Origin: Escherichia coli 042 | GTDB taxonomy: Bacteria > Pseudomonadota > Gammaproteobacteria > Enterobacterales > Enterobacteriaceae | Length of the DNA stretch: 64,000 bases | Strand: one strand, 5' to 3' | Assembly: GCF_000027125.1 (NCBI RefSeq) | Contig: NC_017627.1 | Shown: piece after piece, positions 50,504 through 61,803 of the stretch | Position numbering within the stretch: position 1 is the first letter of the stretch | Layout of the letters: the number at the start of each line of letters is the position of its first letter | The notes under the pieces: generated by a model | The model's input: the letters and a program-made list of their open reading frames with translations, nothing else | Told to the model about the DNA's origin: nothing | Databases searched by the model: none | Program-made: the position numbers and the translations under genes

Positions 50504-50531
50504 GCCTCCTCTCTGATGGAGGCTTTTTTTT
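50504..50531 (+). terminator. Plus-strand-oriented hairpin + T8 abutting the finO stop
   Basis: GCCTCC-TCTCTGAT-GGAGGC followed by TTTTTTTT. The U-tract follows the stem only on the plus-strand transcript. Confidence 0.45.
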
Positions 50532-51090
50532 ATTTCTCATCAAGCACGGCCTGAAGTTCTGCCTTTATCCGGTTCTGGCGGCGGATTTTATCCAGACGCG
50601 CTGCCGCATACGCTTCCTCCTCCTGAGAAATATGCTCCGTCACATACCCTTCCGTGTCATACCGGCAGGCACCGGCTTTCATGGCACACAGATAGCTTTC
50701 TGAACGGGTGATGGCCTTCAGCGCCCTGCGCAGTTTTTTATGCGAGAGCGGGATATTCCGCTGCGCCACGTCTTCCAGTAACACGTCCCGGATACCGCAG
50801 GCCAGAAGCCGGGGCGTGTCACCGTCAAACAATCCCGGCCACCAGGGCTTCAGGGTGTTCACGGCCTCATCCAGTGTGGGCAGGTTCAGATAAATGGACA
50901 GCGCCTGTCTGGCCTGCGCTTTTTTTGCCGCCAGCTCTGCTTCCCGGGCTGCTTTCTCGGCCAGCTTCTGCTTTTTCACCTTCCACTTTGGTGGCGTGGT
51001 GACATTGATGATGGTTTTCCGGCTGCGGACAGGCGTCTCCCCTTCCGTTTTCCGCTTCAGTGTCAGTACCGGTCGCTTCTGCTCTGTCAT
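50530..51090 (-). CDS. finO: FinO fertility-inhibition RNA chaperone (intact)
   Basis: 186 aa, [59 protein letters not shown]... Confidence 0.95.
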   Translation of the reverse strand: MTEQKRPVLTLKRKTEGETPVRSRKTIINVTTPPKWKVKKQKLAEKAAREAELAAKKAQARQALSIYLNLPTLDEAVNTLKPWWPGLFDGDTPRLLACGIRDVLLEDVAQRNIPLSHKKLRRALKAITRSESYLCAMKAGACRYDTEGYVTEHISQEEEAYAAARLDKIRRQNRIKAELQAVLDEK

Positions 51091-51144
51091 GCTGTGTTCT
51101 GCCTCTGACGAATCATCCTGTTACGGTCAAAGATACCACACCCG

Positions 51145-51891
51145 TCACAGCGCCAGAACGCCCAGCACAGCCAGATGACAGGCGTAGAATACCGGGAAAA
51201 AATCCCCGGGCCAGAAACGGGGTAATGATTTTCCTGCACACGACACCAGACCAACGGTCAGCACCGTCATCACAAGACCGGCCACCGCCGCTGCATCACT
51301 GGTGGCAAGGTTAAGCGCCGGAATAACAGCCAGCAGGCAGGCGACCAGCGCCAGACGTTCCGCTCTGTCTTCCGCCCGGTACAGCCGGTGGCTGACTGCC
51401 AGCATCAGCAGCCCGGCAATGCCGTAACTGGTGCCGGACAAAGGCCCCCACAGGGCCATCAGAAGAATGGCCGCTGCTGTACGCCACCCACTGCGCGTTT
51501 CACACCACGTCAGCACCTGTGCCGCCACTGCAAAGGCAAACAGGATATTCCCCTCATACCAGGGAAAGCCTGCCAGATAATATGCGAACTGGGCAATAAT
51601 TCCCCATCCCCACAGCCGGTTAATGGCTGGTTGCCGGATATGCGCATGACGGGACAGATTCAGCCCCCACACCAGGGCAAAAAGCGGAAAGGCTCCTCGC
51701 CCGGTCAGAAACATCCATTCCTGCTTCAGCTGGAATATCAGATTGATGTGGTCCAGTACCATCAGCACCAGTGCCACCGTTTTGATGATATCCCGCTGTC
51801 CGGGTGACCAGACCAGAAACGACTGCAACCAGGTATCGGTCCGTGCAGCCAGTGAATCGTTACGTGTCGTGTTCGTGTTATCCGTTGTCAT
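51145..51891 (-). CDS. traX: TraX, F-pilin N-acetylase
   Basis: 248-aa polytopic membrane protein in the canonical position between traI and finO. Confidence 0.9.
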   Translation of the reverse strand: MTTDNTNTTRNDSLAARTDTWLQSFLVWSPGQRDIIKTVALVLMVLDHINLIFQLKQEWMFLTGRGAFPLFALVWGLNLSRHAHIRQPAINRLWGWGIIAQFAYYLAGFPWYEGNILFAFAVAAQVLTWCETRSGWRTAAAILLMALWGPLSGTSYGIAGLLMLAVSHRLYRAEDRAERLALVACLLAVIPALNLATSDAAAVAGLVMTVLTVGLVSCAGKSLPRFWPGDFFPVFYACHLAVLGVLAL

Positions 51892-51910
51892 CAGCGTTTA
51901 TCTTCCTGTA

Positions 51911-54900
51911 TCAGTCTCCGCCCAGGGTTTTCTCTTTCTGCAGGTCACGGACCATATCCCGCTCCATCTGCTGCAGACGCTCCTGCAGCAGATTTTCCCG
52001 GGCAACCTCCCGGACCGCTTCCCGCTCCCGTTGTGATTCACGCAGCACACTCTCCGGCAGTGCGGTTTCCCGTTCAGAAGTGGCAGTCCGGTCACGTTCC
52101 TGCCCGGCAATCTCCCTGACAGCCTGCTCTGTTTTGCCATCCGGCAGGTCAGGTTTGTTCTCTGCCATTTTACGGACAATTTCATCTGCGCGACGTTCCG
52201 TTTCACGGCGGATGGCCTCTTCAGCCTGCCGCTGTGCCAGCACTTCAGCTGTAACCGGTTCACCATTTCCGGCCCCCGGCTGGACGCTGTTATCCGGGAT
52301 ATCCCCCCACACGCGGCCACCGGTGATGGCACCGGGATTCCACGGACGACCTTCACCGGCAATTCTCACCACCACACCGCTGTCAGGATTATCACGGGCA
52401 ATCCGGACACCATCCTGCATATTATCAGCCAGCAGGCTTTCTCCGTTACGGCTGCCCTGCAGGGCCACGAACTGCGCATCCCCGCTGCCCTTCACCCGTC
52501 CTTCACCGCTGAATCCCCGCAGCCCGTTTCCGTCATCCGTGGTCAGTGGGTTCAGCCAGATACCGGCGGACCTGCCGTTACGGTCAAACGCCGGCAGTGC
52601 CACATACGGCTGCGGATATTTACGTCCCGGTGCAATAAACCGTGCAGGGCTGTCTCCCCCGGCCAGCCCTGCCTGACGGAGAACGGCACGGCCTGCCGCC
52701 ACGTCCCGCAGTTCCCGTGCCGTACTGAACAGCCGCTCTGCATTCATGACCTCCCGGTCCGGTTTCGGTTCAAACACATCGTGGGCTGTTCCTTTCTGTA
52801 CGGCATTGTTAATGGCATCCGTCCAGCCCTGACGGTTATCGGTGTACACCTGCACATGCTGCTTCATACGCGACAGGGCCACGTAGGCTGACTCAAAGCC
52901 TGCCATCAGTTTCCGGTTACCTTCCGTGCCTTCAAGCGCGATGGCAAAGGTTTCACTCGCCCCCTGCGCACCGTGGGCGGTGATGGCATAGGCCAGGTCA
53001 ATATGTTGCTCTGCCCGCTCCTGTCCGGGGCGAATCACCCGGGTCTGCTGTCCGTCCGACAGCGTGACACTGTCACCGGAAACCGCTGTCACCGTCCAGA
53101 CGCTGTTGGCCACATAACCGCGCTCCCGGTCACTCTTCGTGAAGCGCATCCGGTCGCCGGTTCCCACCCGGATGGTGTCCGGGGTGTACAGTGTGACGCC
53201 TTCAGCCACCGCCTCCCGGGGCGAAATCAGCCGCGTGTTACCTTCCGCATCCTGCAGGGTTATCAGCCCGTCATCCTTACTGACACCGGCAATCCGGTGA
53301 TACACATTATCCACCAGGGCAAGGGCATCCGGGTTATTCTCCCAGGTGGAGAGACGACGCAGTTCCCCGTCGCGTATATTCGCTGTATTCAGGACAGGCA
53401 CCATGACCTGCTCTTTCCCCAGCTCACCGGCCTTTTCCCGTGCATCATGAATCATGCTGTTCAGTACGCGCCGGTCCTCATTCAGGTGCGTGACAATCAG
53501 CGTCTGCTCCCGTGCTTCCGGTGTCCTGCCGGTATAGTCGCGGACAATGGCTTCATACAGTGTCATGGGGACATCCGGGAAAGCCTCGCCTTTCAGCATC
53601 GCCTTCTGCTGCGCTTCTGCCAGTTTCGCTTCCTGGCTGTGACTGAACTCCGTCACGGAGTGCTCCGGTGCCCATGCGCCCTCCAGACGTGGCACCTGAG
53701 ACGGTTTCACACTCTCAAGCCCGGACAGTGCCCTTTCCACATCCCGGTTAATCAGGCTGTATACCGCCTCCCGCAGTTCCGGCGTCTGACGCACAATCTC
53801 CTTCATGATGACCACATCGGCAGCACTGCGCGTCTGCTGGAGACGGAAAGGCTGACCGGGCGCGATGGCCTGCAGCTGGTCCGTGTCACCGCTGGCCACA
53901 GCACGACCGCCACCGGCCGCAATCAGGGCGTATGCCCGTGCCATGTCGGTATTGCCCACCATTGAGCTCTCATCGAGCAGGAACAGCGTGTTGCTGAAAT
54001 CCGGCGTTTCTCCGCTGCGCTGCTGCAGCTGCGTGTCATGCAGAAAGGACGCCAGCGTCTGTGCATCCACGCCGGCGCTGCGCATCTCACCGACCGCACG
54101 GTGCGTGGGCCCCAGCCCCACAACTCGGGGACGCTCACTCGCCGGCAGCATGTTCACGGCTGACATCACCGCCCGGAACTGTGTGGTCTTACCCACACCG
54201 GCATAACCCTGTACCACCGTGAAACGGTCGGACGTTTCCAGTATCATGCGGGTGGCGGCACGCTGTCCTGATGTCAGTTTCTCCATGAGTTCGCCAGGTA
54301 CTCTCTCCATCAGCGGCGTGACCGCCTCCTTACCTTCGAGAATATGGCGAAGAATGCTCTTTTCTGCCTCATACGACGCACGGGAAACCAGCAGGCCTGT
54401 GCCATAGCCTTTTGCCACATCCACATACAGTAAATCACCGCGTTTTATCTGCGCATTGATTTCCCCTCCCAGTTCAGTAAAACCGGTTCCTTCTGCAGCA
54501 AACGACTTCGCCTCTGTCAGCAGGTCCACCATGCTGAAGGCCAGGTTTTTACTTTCCAGCACAGGAAGGGCCAGATGAATGGCCTGGTGTGCCGGCGTGT
54601 GCAGCCCGGCTTTCTGCAGACTGATAGCGGTTTCCAGCGATGTCTCACCGGCCCGCGCCTTTATCTGCTCAGAAACCACCGTAAAGGAGGGATGGCGGGC
54701 AAGTTTTTCCGCAGTACGGGTTTCATCCAGTGAGGAATACAGCCGGACATCACGACCGCTGCGGGCCAGACCGTTCAGGGTGGCGTTGTCCATTGCCATC
54801 TGTGTGACGGAGGCAAACACCGTCGCACTGTCACTGACGGAATGCCCGGGCGTTTCCACCCAGCCGTTCTCCAGCTTCAGTGCCGTGAACGGTGAATCGC

Positions 54901-57181
54901 TCACAGGCAGGGAGGCCGGTTCAGCCCGCCCCGGCACAACAACCGTCATCGCATCTTCACTGACGGATGCCACCTGCAGGCGGTCACCGCCGGAGACGCG
55001 GAGTCCGGGAATTTTCCCTGTCACCCTCAGTCGCTCGCCGTCTGCCACCGGCATTTTTTCCGGCCGGAACAGCGACCAGCTGCTGTCCAGGGAGGAAATA
55101 CGCACCACCTGCGTTTCGCCCTGCGCATCCCGCAGGGTCAGGCTGTGACTCTGCGCTGTCACCCGGTCTATCACATAGCGGTCATGACTGCGTGTCTCCG
55201 GGTTCCACTGCTCCATCACCATCCCCGGTCGGTACATATCCCGCAGATAACGGCTCCGGCTGTCCAGCCAGACCGGTGACAGTGCAGTCATGGTCACCTC
55301 AGGGTGTCCGAGCACGCCCTGCGTTTTCAGCTCACTGCGAATGGCCTGTGTCAGTATGGCCTGTTCCCGTACCCCGCTGACCTGTGCCACGCTCTCTTCT
55401 CCGGCTTTCACGCTGGCCGCAAAATCTCCGGCCAGCCGGGCATAGCGGACATTACGGTCCGGTTCACTGATGATGGTGGCCGGTCGCTGTTCTCCGCCCT
55501 GCCAGCGATATGTGTTCACCCCGGCATCCTTCATGGCCATCAGCGCACTGCCTGTACCGGTTCGCTGCCCGCTGTCGGTTATCAGGACCTGTACGTTATG
55601 ACGTGCGGCACCGTCCAGCAGGGTTAACGTCTCTTTCAGGGAGAGTTTTTCGCCCTGGTCGACGATAACAGTACTGCCCGGCGTGAAGGCCATGCCCTCC
55701 TGCAGCTGACGACGTCCGGTTATCAGCTCACCGGACAGCCGTTCATCCTGCTTCAGGTTCATCTGCGAGCGACGGTCAGCGGCGATAATCTGCATCTCCC
55801 GCCCCTGCTCCCGGGCCATCATGACCAGTTCAGCCACCCGCTCACGCTGCCCGGCTGCACCGCCCTGCCCGGAAACAATGGCCAGCGACGGACGGTCCTG
55901 TGCCAGAACACTGACCGCATCGCTGTAACCAGCCGTCCGGGGGACACTTTTCTCCGGATGTACGGTCACCCGGTTCTGTTTCATGATGTCACGACTGAGT
56001 GCCCGGACGGACAGCTCATCGAGCACATGAATTCCTGATGTGAACAGCCCCTTCTCACGGTCGAGGGGGATAAGCTGCTCACGACTGATGGCCTCATCGA
56101 TACCGGCGCGTGCCCGTTCAATCACACCATTTTCCGGCGGCAGTATACCGACCGTTCTGGCCAGCACGTCCGTGTACGTAAACTGCACTTTTCGTTCACT
56201 TAATCCGGCAATGGCCTGTGTCACCGCCTGCTGCACATCCGGCCCCTCCTGTGAAACAGCCCCGGGCGCCTGCGTGTGGGTCTCCGCACGCTGATCCGCC
56301 GCGTCACGATATGCCCGGATGTCGAACCCGGTTTCCTTCAGCGTCTGCATCCATTCAGCCATTCTGACTTCAGGATCGACGTGCTGTTTGGATTTTCGCG
56401 TATCCAGTGCCGCCACATCCCGGGATTTCAGTGAGGCCCCTTCACCGACGGCCTCCCGGATAGCCTGTGAGCGTCCGGAGAAGGCTTCCACCGGTACGCC
56501 CGGCATCTCCCACATACCGTGCTTACCGACCACTTCGGTTTCATAGCCCAGTGCCTCAACCTGCTCTTTCAGTTTTTCCCGGTAGAGCCTGCCAAAGGCA
56601 ATCTGATTAGCGTACACATTCTCAATGAACCCCGTTTTCCCCACTTTGTCACTGCTCAGTGTCTTCCACTCACCGTTATGCTGCGTGACATTAGCCACCA
56701 CCGCATGCGTGTGTAACTGTGGTTCCTGATCGCGACTGGTGTCGTGGTTAAACAGTGCCATCACCAGATTACCGGTCAGTACCGTTTCTGACTGTCCGTC
56801 CGTCATCACCCGTGTGGAGGCCAGCGCCTCCACCTGACGAACAGCAAAGTCCACGGCCTGGTTATGTGCATCAATCAGGCGCTTATCGCCACCTAACATG
56901 GCCATCATGGAGACACTTTTGGGGGCGGAGAAGGTCAGGTCGTAGCCGGGACGATGCTTATTACTGCCATCCTGCATGCGGCTTAGATCCGCTCCGTCCG
57001 GCAGCCTTCCCTCCAGAAGACGGGTAAAAACATCCTTATCGACACTGCCCTGCAGTCCCAGCTGTTCAGCCCCCCTGCCGGCCCAGCGTTCTCCCATGCT
57101 GCCCAGTACATAGTAATTATCCTTGTCGGTATAATAGTTACCGGCACTTCCGGCCGATCTGACCTGCGCGATACTCATCAT
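51911..57181 (-). CDS. traI: TraI relaxase/helicase
   Basis: 1756 aa with the N-terminus [24 protein letters not shown] (catalytic Tyr pairs), the His triad HDTSRDQEPQLHTHAVV and helicase Walker A GYAGVGKTT. Confidence 0.97.
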   Translation of the reverse strand: MMSIAQVRSAGSAGNYYTDKDNYYVLGSMGERWAGRGAEQLGLQGSVDKDVFTRLLEGRLPDGADLSRMQDGSNKHRPGYDLTFSAPKSVSMMAMLGGDKRLIDAHNQAVDFAVRQVEALASTRVMTDGQSETVLTGNLVMALFNHDTSRDQEPQLHTHAVVANVTQHNGEWKTLSSDKVGKTGFIENVYANQIAFGRLYREKLKEQVEALGYETEVVGKHGMWEMPGVPVEAFSGRSQAIREAVGEGASLKSRDVAALDTRKSKQHVDPEVRMAEWMQTLKETGFDIRAYRDAADQRAETHTQAPGAVSQEGPDVQQAVTQAIAGLSERKVQFTYTDVLARTVGILPPENGVIERARAGIDEAISREQLIPLDREKGLFTSGIHVLDELSVRALSRDIMKQNRVTVHPEKSVPRTAGYSDAVSVLAQDRPSLAIVSGQGGAAGQRERVAELVMMAREQGREMQIIAADRRSQMNLKQDERLSGELITGRRQLQEGMAFTPGSTVIVDQGEKLSLKETLTLLDGAARHNVQVLITDSGQRTGTGSALMAMKDAGVNTYRWQGGEQRPATIISEPDRNVRYARLAGDFAASVKAGEESVAQVSGVREQAILTQAIRSELKTQGVLGHPEVTMTALSPVWLDSRSRYLRDMYRPGMVMEQWNPETRSHDRYVIDRVTAQSHSLTLRDAQGETQVVRISSLDSSWSLFRPEKMPVADGERLRVTGKIPGLRVSGGDRLQVASVSEDAMTVVVPGRAEPASLPVSDSPFTALKLENGWVETPGHSVSDSATVFASVTQMAMDNATLNGLARSGRDVRLYSSLDETRTAEKLARHPSFTVVSEQIKARAGETSLETAISLQKAGLHTPAHQAIHLALPVLESKNLAFSMVDLLTEAKSFAAEGTGFTELGGEINAQIKRGDLLYVDVAKGYGTGLLVSRASYEAEKSILRHILEGKEAVTPLMERVPGELMEKLTSGQRAATRMILETSDRFTVVQGYAGVGKTTQFRAVMSAVNMLPASERPRVVGLGPTHRAVGEMRSAGVDAQTLASFLHDTQLQQRSGETPDFSNTLFLLDESSMVGNTDMARAYALIAAGGGRAVASGDTDQLQAIAPGQPFRLQQTRSAADVVIMKEIVRQTPELREAVYSLINRDVERALSGLESVKPSQVPRLEGAWAPEHSVTEFSHSQEAKLAEAQQKAMLKGEAFPDVPMTLYEAIVRDYTGRTPEAREQTLIVTHLNEDRRVLNSMIHDAREKAGELGKEQVMVPVLNTANIRDGELRRLSTWENNPDALALVDNVYHRIAGVSKDDGLITLQDAEGNTRLISPREAVAEGVTLYTPDTIRVGTGDRMRFTKSDRERGYVANSVWTVTAVSGDSVTLSDGQQTRVIRPGQERAEQHIDLAYAITAHGAQGASETFAIALEGTEGNRKLMAGFESAYVALSRMKQHVQVYTDNRQGWTDAINNAVQKGTAHDVFEPKPDREVMNAERLFSTARELRDVAAGRAVLRQAGLAGGDSPARFIAPGRKYPQPYVALPAFDRNGRSAGIWLNPLTTDDGNGLRGFSGEGRVKGSGDAQFVALQGSRNGESLLADNMQDGVRIARDNPDSGVVVRIAGEGRPWNPGAITGGRVWGDIPDNSVQPGAGNGEPVTAEVLAQRQAEEAIRRETERRADEIVRKMAENKPDLPDGKTEQAVREIAGQERDRTATSERETALPESVLRESQREREAVREVARENLLQERLQQMERDMVRDLQKEKTLGGD

Positions 57182-59532
57182 CAGAAATCATCTCCCGGCT
57201 CAACATCCTCCCCACGCTCCCGGTGCACATTAATGTTCACCTCTTCACGACGCTGCATCTGCTGCTGGATGTCCGGATGATTTTCCTGTTGCCATGCCTC
57301 ATAAGCGGCCATATCCACCACTTCACCGGATTCACTGATCCCGGGTGGCAGTTGCTGTTCCATCTCTTCTTCCGGTTTCATTTTCAGCTCCTGCTCGATC
57401 CCCCCTGCCGGAACACTCACACCTGCATCTGACTTCTTATCATTGATGACAGAAGACACTGGCTGTTGTGACTGTTGTGACTGTTGTGGCTGTTGTGGCT
57501 GTTGTGGCTGTTGTGGCTGTTGTGGCTGTTGTGGCTGTTGTGGCTGTTGTGGCTGTTGTGGCTGTTGTGGCTGTTGTGGCTGTTGTGGCTGTTGTGGCTG
57601 TTGTGGCTGTTGTGGCTGTTGTGGCTGTTGTGGCTGTTGTGGCTGTTGTGGCTGTTGTGGCTGTTGTGGCTGTTGTGGCTGTTCAGCCTGAGTTACGTCT
57701 TCTCCGGAGGCAACCTCCGGTTCGAAGAGGCTGGCCATCTGGCGACCTTCTGCTTCCCTTGCAGCAAGTACGGCACTCAGACGGTTCTCCATTTCCGGGT
57801 TGATGTCACGCGGAATAAACTCCGGAGCGACCTTCGGTCGTGTCTGATATTTCAGGGAGAGTTTGACTGCCGGATACGGTCCGGGCAGAGTGACATAGCA
57901 GGTCAGATCCGGCAGAGACTGAATGTCGGAATAACTGACCAGCGTCTGACGCTCCATATCCTTACCGGTCGATACCCCGTCACGTACCGGGTCAGCACCG
58001 TAAGAATACTGCTCGCTGGCTTTCAGGTGCTCTTTCTCACCAATTTCACCGGCAGCGAACTCTGCAATCTTATGGCTGGGAGAACGGAAAAAGGCACGGG
58101 TGTTCATGACGTCAAACAGCGTGGCCGCCGCTTTCTCACCGTAGATATCTTCCAGCTGGGCATAGGACTGGATACCAAACACATAACAGCCACCGAACTT
58201 ACGGGCTTCCGGCAGGATCTCCACCAGGTCCGGCAGTTTGTGTAACGTGGGTAACTCGTCACAGAAAAACCACACACGACGATTACGGTTTTCTCCCATT
58301 GCCAGCAGACCACGAATGGCAATGGACAGCCACATGGAGATCACCGGCTTCAGGGAGGCATGGGTGTCGGCATTCGACGAGATAAACAGCCAGCCGTTTT
58401 TCTGATCTTCCCGGACACCACGCATCCAGTCACGGATGGTAAAAGACTCACCGTTATGCTCAATCCCCTGCAGGTAACGGATGGCTTTCACGTAGTTGGT
58501 CAGCACAGCACGGATGGAAATCGCCGTTTTCTCAATTTTCTCTTCCACCAGGTTGGCTGCCGGTGAATTACGCAGGAAGGTACGCAGTTTTTCAATTTTG
58601 ATGGAAAGCAGTGTGTCCACCAGTTTGCTGTAGCTGCGGTTGGGGTCATTACGCATCAGGTACGCCGCTTCCGCAAAAATGGTACGTCCTGAACCCTGCC
58701 AGAACGGGTCCTCTTTTGTGCCCATCGGGATCAGCGTGTTCGCGGTATTATCAAAATCCGGCTGTGTCAGGCACTCCTTCCACAAATCCCAGGCGGCACA
58801 GCGGGCATCCAGCGGATTCAGGATTTTATCGATGGAGGGATCATAGTAACTTTTAACAAATTCCCCCGAACGGTCATAAATCACCACCATATCTCCACGC
58901 TGACGGGCGTAGTTGGCCAGACGACGGATAACTTCCGACTTACCGGCCCCGACCGTGCCGTGCAGACAGAAGTTCTGGATTTCGGAATCCCGGATAATCG
59001 GCAGGTCGCCAATCCGTATATCGGAGTCCTTGCCGTCTTTTTTCAGCATCCGGGCAACATCTTTCGGGTTTTCCGTCAGCTGACGACCACCTGTAACTTC
59101 ATTTTCGCTCTGTTGTTTACCCTGACGCCCCAGAATCCAAGAGACAACAAAGAAGGTGATCAGGCAAATAACCAGTGCCACGACAGACGCCAGAACGAAT
59201 GCGGACCATAGCTGCTCACCGCACCAGATCATATATTTATCATGCAGTACCTGGGCAGCGTTCATCCGGAAGGTTTTGCCGTAATACTGGATCTCATATA
59301 CTGGCTGGGACTTGATTAAATCCCGCATGCCTTCCAGCGTGGTACACCACCAGTAAATACAGCCGTTCACAAACGTCTGCCAGCTTATTTTTACCCATAA
59401 AATCAGACCAACGAGTATCCAGAAAAAAATAAACAGGCAGTAAAGCATGATATTGGCGATCTGGCTGAACATGCGGATACGCATGGACGCAATCTGACCG
59501 CCCTGGGTCATATCCTTTGCGTTAAAACTCAT
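57181..59532 (-). CDS. traD: TraD type IV coupling protein with expanded PQQ repeat
   Basis: 783 aa with Walker A GTVGAGKS and a C-terminal AEQ(PQQ)22(SQQ)2PVSS tract, then the conserved tail ...[10 protein letters not shown]. Confidence 0.95.
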   Translation of the reverse strand: MSFNAKDMTQGGQIASMRIRMFSQIANIMLYCLFIFFWILVGLILWVKISWQTFVNGCIYWWCTTLEGMRDLIKSQPVYEIQYYGKTFRMNAAQVLHDKYMIWCGEQLWSAFVLASVVALVICLITFFVVSWILGRQGKQQSENEVTGGRQLTENPKDVARMLKKDGKDSDIRIGDLPIIRDSEIQNFCLHGTVGAGKSEVIRRLANYARQRGDMVVIYDRSGEFVKSYYDPSIDKILNPLDARCAAWDLWKECLTQPDFDNTANTLIPMGTKEDPFWQGSGRTIFAEAAYLMRNDPNRSYSKLVDTLLSIKIEKLRTFLRNSPAANLVEEKIEKTAISIRAVLTNYVKAIRYLQGIEHNGESFTIRDWMRGVREDQKNGWLFISSNADTHASLKPVISMWLSIAIRGLLAMGENRNRRVWFFCDELPTLHKLPDLVEILPEARKFGGCYVFGIQSYAQLEDIYGEKAAATLFDVMNTRAFFRSPSHKIAEFAAGEIGEKEHLKASEQYSYGADPVRDGVSTGKDMERQTLVSYSDIQSLPDLTCYVTLPGPYPAVKLSLKYQTRPKVAPEFIPRDINPEMENRLSAVLAAREAEGRQMASLFEPEVASGEDVTQAEQPQQPQQPQQPQQPQQPQQPQQPQQPQQPQQPQQPQQPQQPQQPQQPQQPQQPQQPQQPQQPQQPQQSQQSQQPVSSVINDKKSDAGVSVPAGGIEQELKMKPEEEMEQQLPPGISESGEVVDMAAYEAWQQENHPDIQQQMQRREEVNINVHRERGEDVEPGDDF
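57463..57678. repeat. 24 tandem copies of a 9-bp unit (CTGTTGTGG/A) inside traD
   Basis: Counted from the sequence: two CTGTTGTGA units then 22 CTGTTGTGG units, in frame, encoding SQQ/PQQ on the minus strand. Confidence 0.95.
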
Positions 59533-59582
59533 GATGAAACTCCGGGAAAATCTGGAACAGGGCAGAAAAGGATGATGTGGGG

Positions 59583-60320
59583 TTAATTCACAGAAACAGA
59601 CCAGGTGTACCCTGTATGCCGGTGGTGATACCCGCCTGCAGTCCTGCCGGAAGAGACCTTCTCTGTAACAATGTCAGTCAGGCGCAATACTTCAGACCAG
59701 TCACTCCCGTGCGGAAACTGGATCTGAATAAAAAGGCGTACCCGTTCACGGTGATCCAGAACTGTGTCCGGTTCATAAAAACGGCCACTGTCAGGAGAAA
59801 CACGGGACGTTTTATTGATGAGATCATACTTATCGGCAGGAGACTGCGATGACAGAGACCAGGTAATATTTTCGCCCTGATGACCATCAATACGACTGCT
59901 CCCCGGCGTCCATGCAATTTCCTGCGCACTCGCCACGATGATCTCCCTGGAGACTTCTGCCAGCTTTCTGGGTGTACCGAATACCGGTGCCAGCACACAC
60001 AGGGACAACAAATTACAGCTGACCGCTTCCGGTTTAAGCGAATTGCTCCCGGATTTTTCAGGAAAAGATATTTTTGTCAGTATTTCAGTTAATTCCTTAT
60101 GCCTGAGAGAATTAATAAAGTACATGATAAGCATCATGAGAAACAATATAACAATAAGCCCTCCGATAACCACTAAAAGGTTAGTATCAATATTATTGCT
60201 GTACAGATAGTCTTTAGTGGTCACTGTATTATCCTGTATCACCGGGGGGTATTCAGTTACAGGCTTCTCAGTAAATTGATTATTCTCACCAACATATTCA
60301 GCGATATTGTCTGATGTCAT
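59583..60320 (-). CDS. Hypothetical single-pass membrane protein encoded between traT and traD
   Basis: 245 aa from ATG 60320 (GGAGAAAG upstream). It has an AT-rich N-terminal ~55 aa, the [24 protein letters not shown] and a ~165-aa C-terminal domain. It ends 50 nt before traD. I recognise no family. Confidence 0.6.
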   Translation of the reverse strand: MTSDNIAEYVGENNQFTEKPVTEYPPVIQDNTVTTKDYLYSNNIDTNLLVVIGGLIVILFLMMLIMYFINSLRHKELTEILTKISFPEKSGSNSLKPEAVSCNLLSLCVLAPVFGTPRKLAEVSREIIVASAQEIAWTPGSSRIDGHQGENITWSLSSQSPADKYDLINKTSRVSPDSGRFYEPDTVLDHRERVRLFIQIQFPHGSDWSEVLRLTDIVTEKVSSGRTAGGYHHRHTGYTWSVSVN

Positions 60321-60522
60321 AATGACTTTCTCCGGAAGATCCCGACTTCGCCGGCAACACTTCACGGTCGCACAAAGAATTTGCACAACCGCTCAGTGTT
60401 TTCATATTTATTTCGGAAACGCCGGGAGGTGACAAAATTTATTTTGTTACATCCCGGGGTTGGACAACGAGCAACGCGAGGCGTCAGCAAGGAGGCCGGT
60501 CAGATCAGCCTCCTGACGAGGT

Positions 60523-61254
60523 TCAGAGAATATTTGCGATTGATTTGGCCAGCTGGTCTTCGAGAACAGGCTTCGCCTCTTCAAATTTCAGGTTAACCTT
60601 GTTCGCATTTGAGACCACACGGGTCTGGTATTTATGCTGGTTACCCGTTTCAGTACTGGTCTGAATTTTCGCACCGGATGTGCCCTGACGCAGGGCGGCA
60701 ACATTATCCGTTGTCACCGTTGCCTTAGTACGCTCTGCAATCTGTACATCCGTGATCATGGTATAGTTCACATCTTCCACCATCGCATCTGCAGCCATAC
60801 CCACCAGACCGGCAGCAAGGCCTACACCGAGTGTGGCACCGGCAGAATTTGAGTTATAGCCGGTAATACCGGCACCTAACGCTGCACCAACAGCTGCGCC
60901 TTCATAACCACGGTTCAGCCATCCCTGAGACTCCCGCAGATCCATCTTATCAGCCTTCAGCACATTCGCCTGAATCCAGTAGTAGGCTTTATCCGGAGAA
61001 GTCACCACCTGATATCCTTTTGCTTTCACAGCATCAGCAATTTTGCCCTGCAGCCCACTCATGTCTTTATCAGACGTGTTTTTGATCTGCAGAAATACCG
61101 TGCGTTCGCTGTCGGGTTTAAGCCAGATGGTCTCACTCATCTGAGTCTTCACCTCAAGGTTACGCTTCTTGATTGCTGTGCTCATCGCACCACACCCTGA
61201 AAGGGCCAGAGTGGAACTGACCAGTGCAACCATCATCAATTTTTTTGTTTTCAT
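60523..61254 (-). CDS. traT: TraT surface-exclusion / serum-resistance lipoprotein
   Basis: 243 aa from ATG 61254 with the lipobox [21 protein letters not shown]. The ORF-track start at 61353 is an upstream extension. Confidence 0.95.
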   Translation of the reverse strand: MKTKKLMMVALVSSTLALSGCGAMSTAIKKRNLEVKTQMSETIWLKPDSERTVFLQIKNTSDKDMSGLQGKIADAVKAKGYQVVTSPDKAYYWIQANVLKADKMDLRESQGWLNRGYEGAAVGAALGAGITGYNSNSAGATLGVGLAAGLVGMAADAMVEDVNYTMITDVQIAERTKATVTTDNVAALRQGTSGAKIQTSTETGNQHKYQTRVVSNANKVNLKFEEAKPVLEDQLAKSIANIL

Positions 61255-61285
61255 CAAATTACCTTTATTACAAACCACAGTTTTC

Positions 61286-61789
61286 TTATCGCCTGTCATC
61301 ATAGTCCTGCCAACAAGTCCCAAAAGTATTTCCTGCTGAATCAAATCCTCCATGCATAGCTAATCCTGTTGCCGGATTAGTACGATAAAAATCCACATAA
61401 TCAAAATTCACATCATCAAAATCCAGATGCAAATCTTCATTAGTTTGTTCATTTACCTGAGATTGCATCCATTCTCTTACACTTACACAACCACTAATTC
61501 GCCTTAATTCGTATAGTGTACCAATGATAAAAACCATCAGGCTTAATAACGGAGAGAGTAAGGAAGATAATGGCATCAGTATATACCAAACGCCTTTACT
61601 GAATTTAAACTCATCCGACACATGCCGTTTTTTTCGTATTTGAGAAAACAACCATATAAACAATCCCTGCCATAGTACAATAAAGCACAGGATAAAAATT
61701 GTTTCGGCACTCCCCCAATCAGCCAGATAACAGGCAATGAACTGTATCACCGTCACCAGAGCAATATGAGCTAAATTTTTCATTATCAT
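61286..61789 (-). CDS. traS: TraS entry-exclusion inner-membrane protein (divergent allele)
   Basis: 167-aa hydrophobic protein in the conserved traG-traS-traT position. The sequence is variable, as expected for TraS. Confidence 0.75.
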   Translation of the reverse strand: MIMKNLAHIALVTVIQFIACYLADWGSAETIFILCFIVLWQGLFIWLFSQIRKKRHVSDEFKFSKGVWYILMPLSSLLSPLLSLMVFIIGTLYELRRISGCVSVREWMQSQVNEQTNEDLHLDFDDVNFDYVDFYRTNPATGLAMHGGFDSAGNTFGTCWQDYDDRR

Positions 61790-61803
61790 CTCCCCATACG
61801 ATA

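Noticed and set aside
51804-53965. Long plus-strand ORFs (290 aa and 330 aa) antisense to traI.
   Set aside because: These are high-GC shadow ORFs with Arg/Ser/Pro-rich, low-complexity products and no start context. The traI frame on the opposite strand is unambiguous.
57463-57678. The regular short repeat array could superficially be taken for a CRISPR array.
   Set aside because: The units are 9 bp, strictly contiguous with no spacers, in frame within traD, and no cas genes are present.
57443-58245. Three plus-strand ORFs made of Cys-Cys-Gly, Val-Ala-Val and Leu-Trp-Leu repeats (82, 111 and 253 aa).
   Set aside because: They are the antisense reading frames of the traD 9-bp repeat and its flank. 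They have no RBS and lie entirely within a well-supported gene on the other strand.
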